NCBI RefSeq assembly: GCF_004010195.1
Contig: NC_057728.1
Coordinates: forward strand, 41,075,821-41,139,820
Direction: 5' to 3'
Origin: Chiloscyllium plagiosum
Taxonomy: Eukaryota
DNA length: 64,000 nucleotides
A program made the position numbers and the translations under genes. Shown one piece after another: positions 63,563 to 64,000 of the stretch (positions within the stretch are counted from its first letter, which is position 1; each line of letters opens with the position of its first letter). The notes beneath the pieces were generated by a model. That model searched no databases, was not told the origin of the DNA, and saw only the letters and a list, made by a program, of their open reading frames with translations.

Positions 63563-64000
63563 ATATGCCGATCATTCAGCATCTTTGGAAAGAATGGATT
63601 AGTTAATATTGAGGTTCACAGGAACAGATGCTAATCTTCACACTTTGTAAGCTCAGAGTTTTCTATTTTTTTTAGATTTCCATGTTTTAAAATACTTGTA
63701 ATGTACAAGTAGACTTTTTAGCTTCAAATTAGAAGAAAGCATGTCACATACACTGGCAGAGTTTAATAATTCCTAAGCTGAACTTTGGTACAAAGTATAA
63801 TATTGATACCAAAAAGATTCACCTGAGGAGGAAAAAAAGCCCAATTCTTTGTGCTTAAATAGTACTTCCTCTAGTGTGACCATTGAGCATCATAGTTATT
63901 TGCTGTTCAGGGTAATATATGCGAAGGAGCGTCCTGCTACAACAAGGAAAGTGGAAATTGAGGCTTTTTTTGTCAGCATATACAAGCCTAATTTATACTT

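Noticed and set aside
1..64000. Prokaryotic-type systems (CRISPR array, retron, operon, defence island)
   Set aside because: There is no regularly spaced repeat-spacer array and no dense gene packing; every RT motif belongs to a decayed eukaryotic retroelement.

Overview
Eukaryotic, AT-rich, repeat-dense vertebrate DNA. The repeat content (HE1-type V-SINEs sharing a tail with HER1/CR1 LINEs, Deu-domain SINEs, Neptune-type Penelope elements) points to a cartilaginous fish, probably a shark; this is an inference. Most ORFs in the track are decayed retroelement pieces or noise. I recognise two host-gene sequences. (1) A 55-nt first coding exon at 59176-59230 (+), MIAVSFKCRCQILRRAAK followed by a GT donor, matching the GRIP1a N-terminus and preceded by a CpG-rich promoter/5'UTR; the ORF track misses it. 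(2) An orphan ~127-bp CDC40/PRP17 fragment at 60345-60471 inside the following intron, bracketed by a 19-bp inverted repeat and joined to a CR1 3' end. The rest is a layered archive of CR1, L2, Rex1/Babar, RTE, Tx1 and Penelope-like elements (PLEs) plus three or four SINE families. The most notable structure is a set of short PLE-terminus insertions from at least three sequence families. They carry minimal hammerhead-ribozyme cores, often have inverted arms and show 10-15-bp target-site duplications (TSDs); one encloses captured CR1 sequence. No prokaryotic system, CRISPR array, rRNA or true tRNA gene is supported. Repeat boundaries are by-eye estimates (roughly +/-20-50 bp) unless a TSD is quoted.
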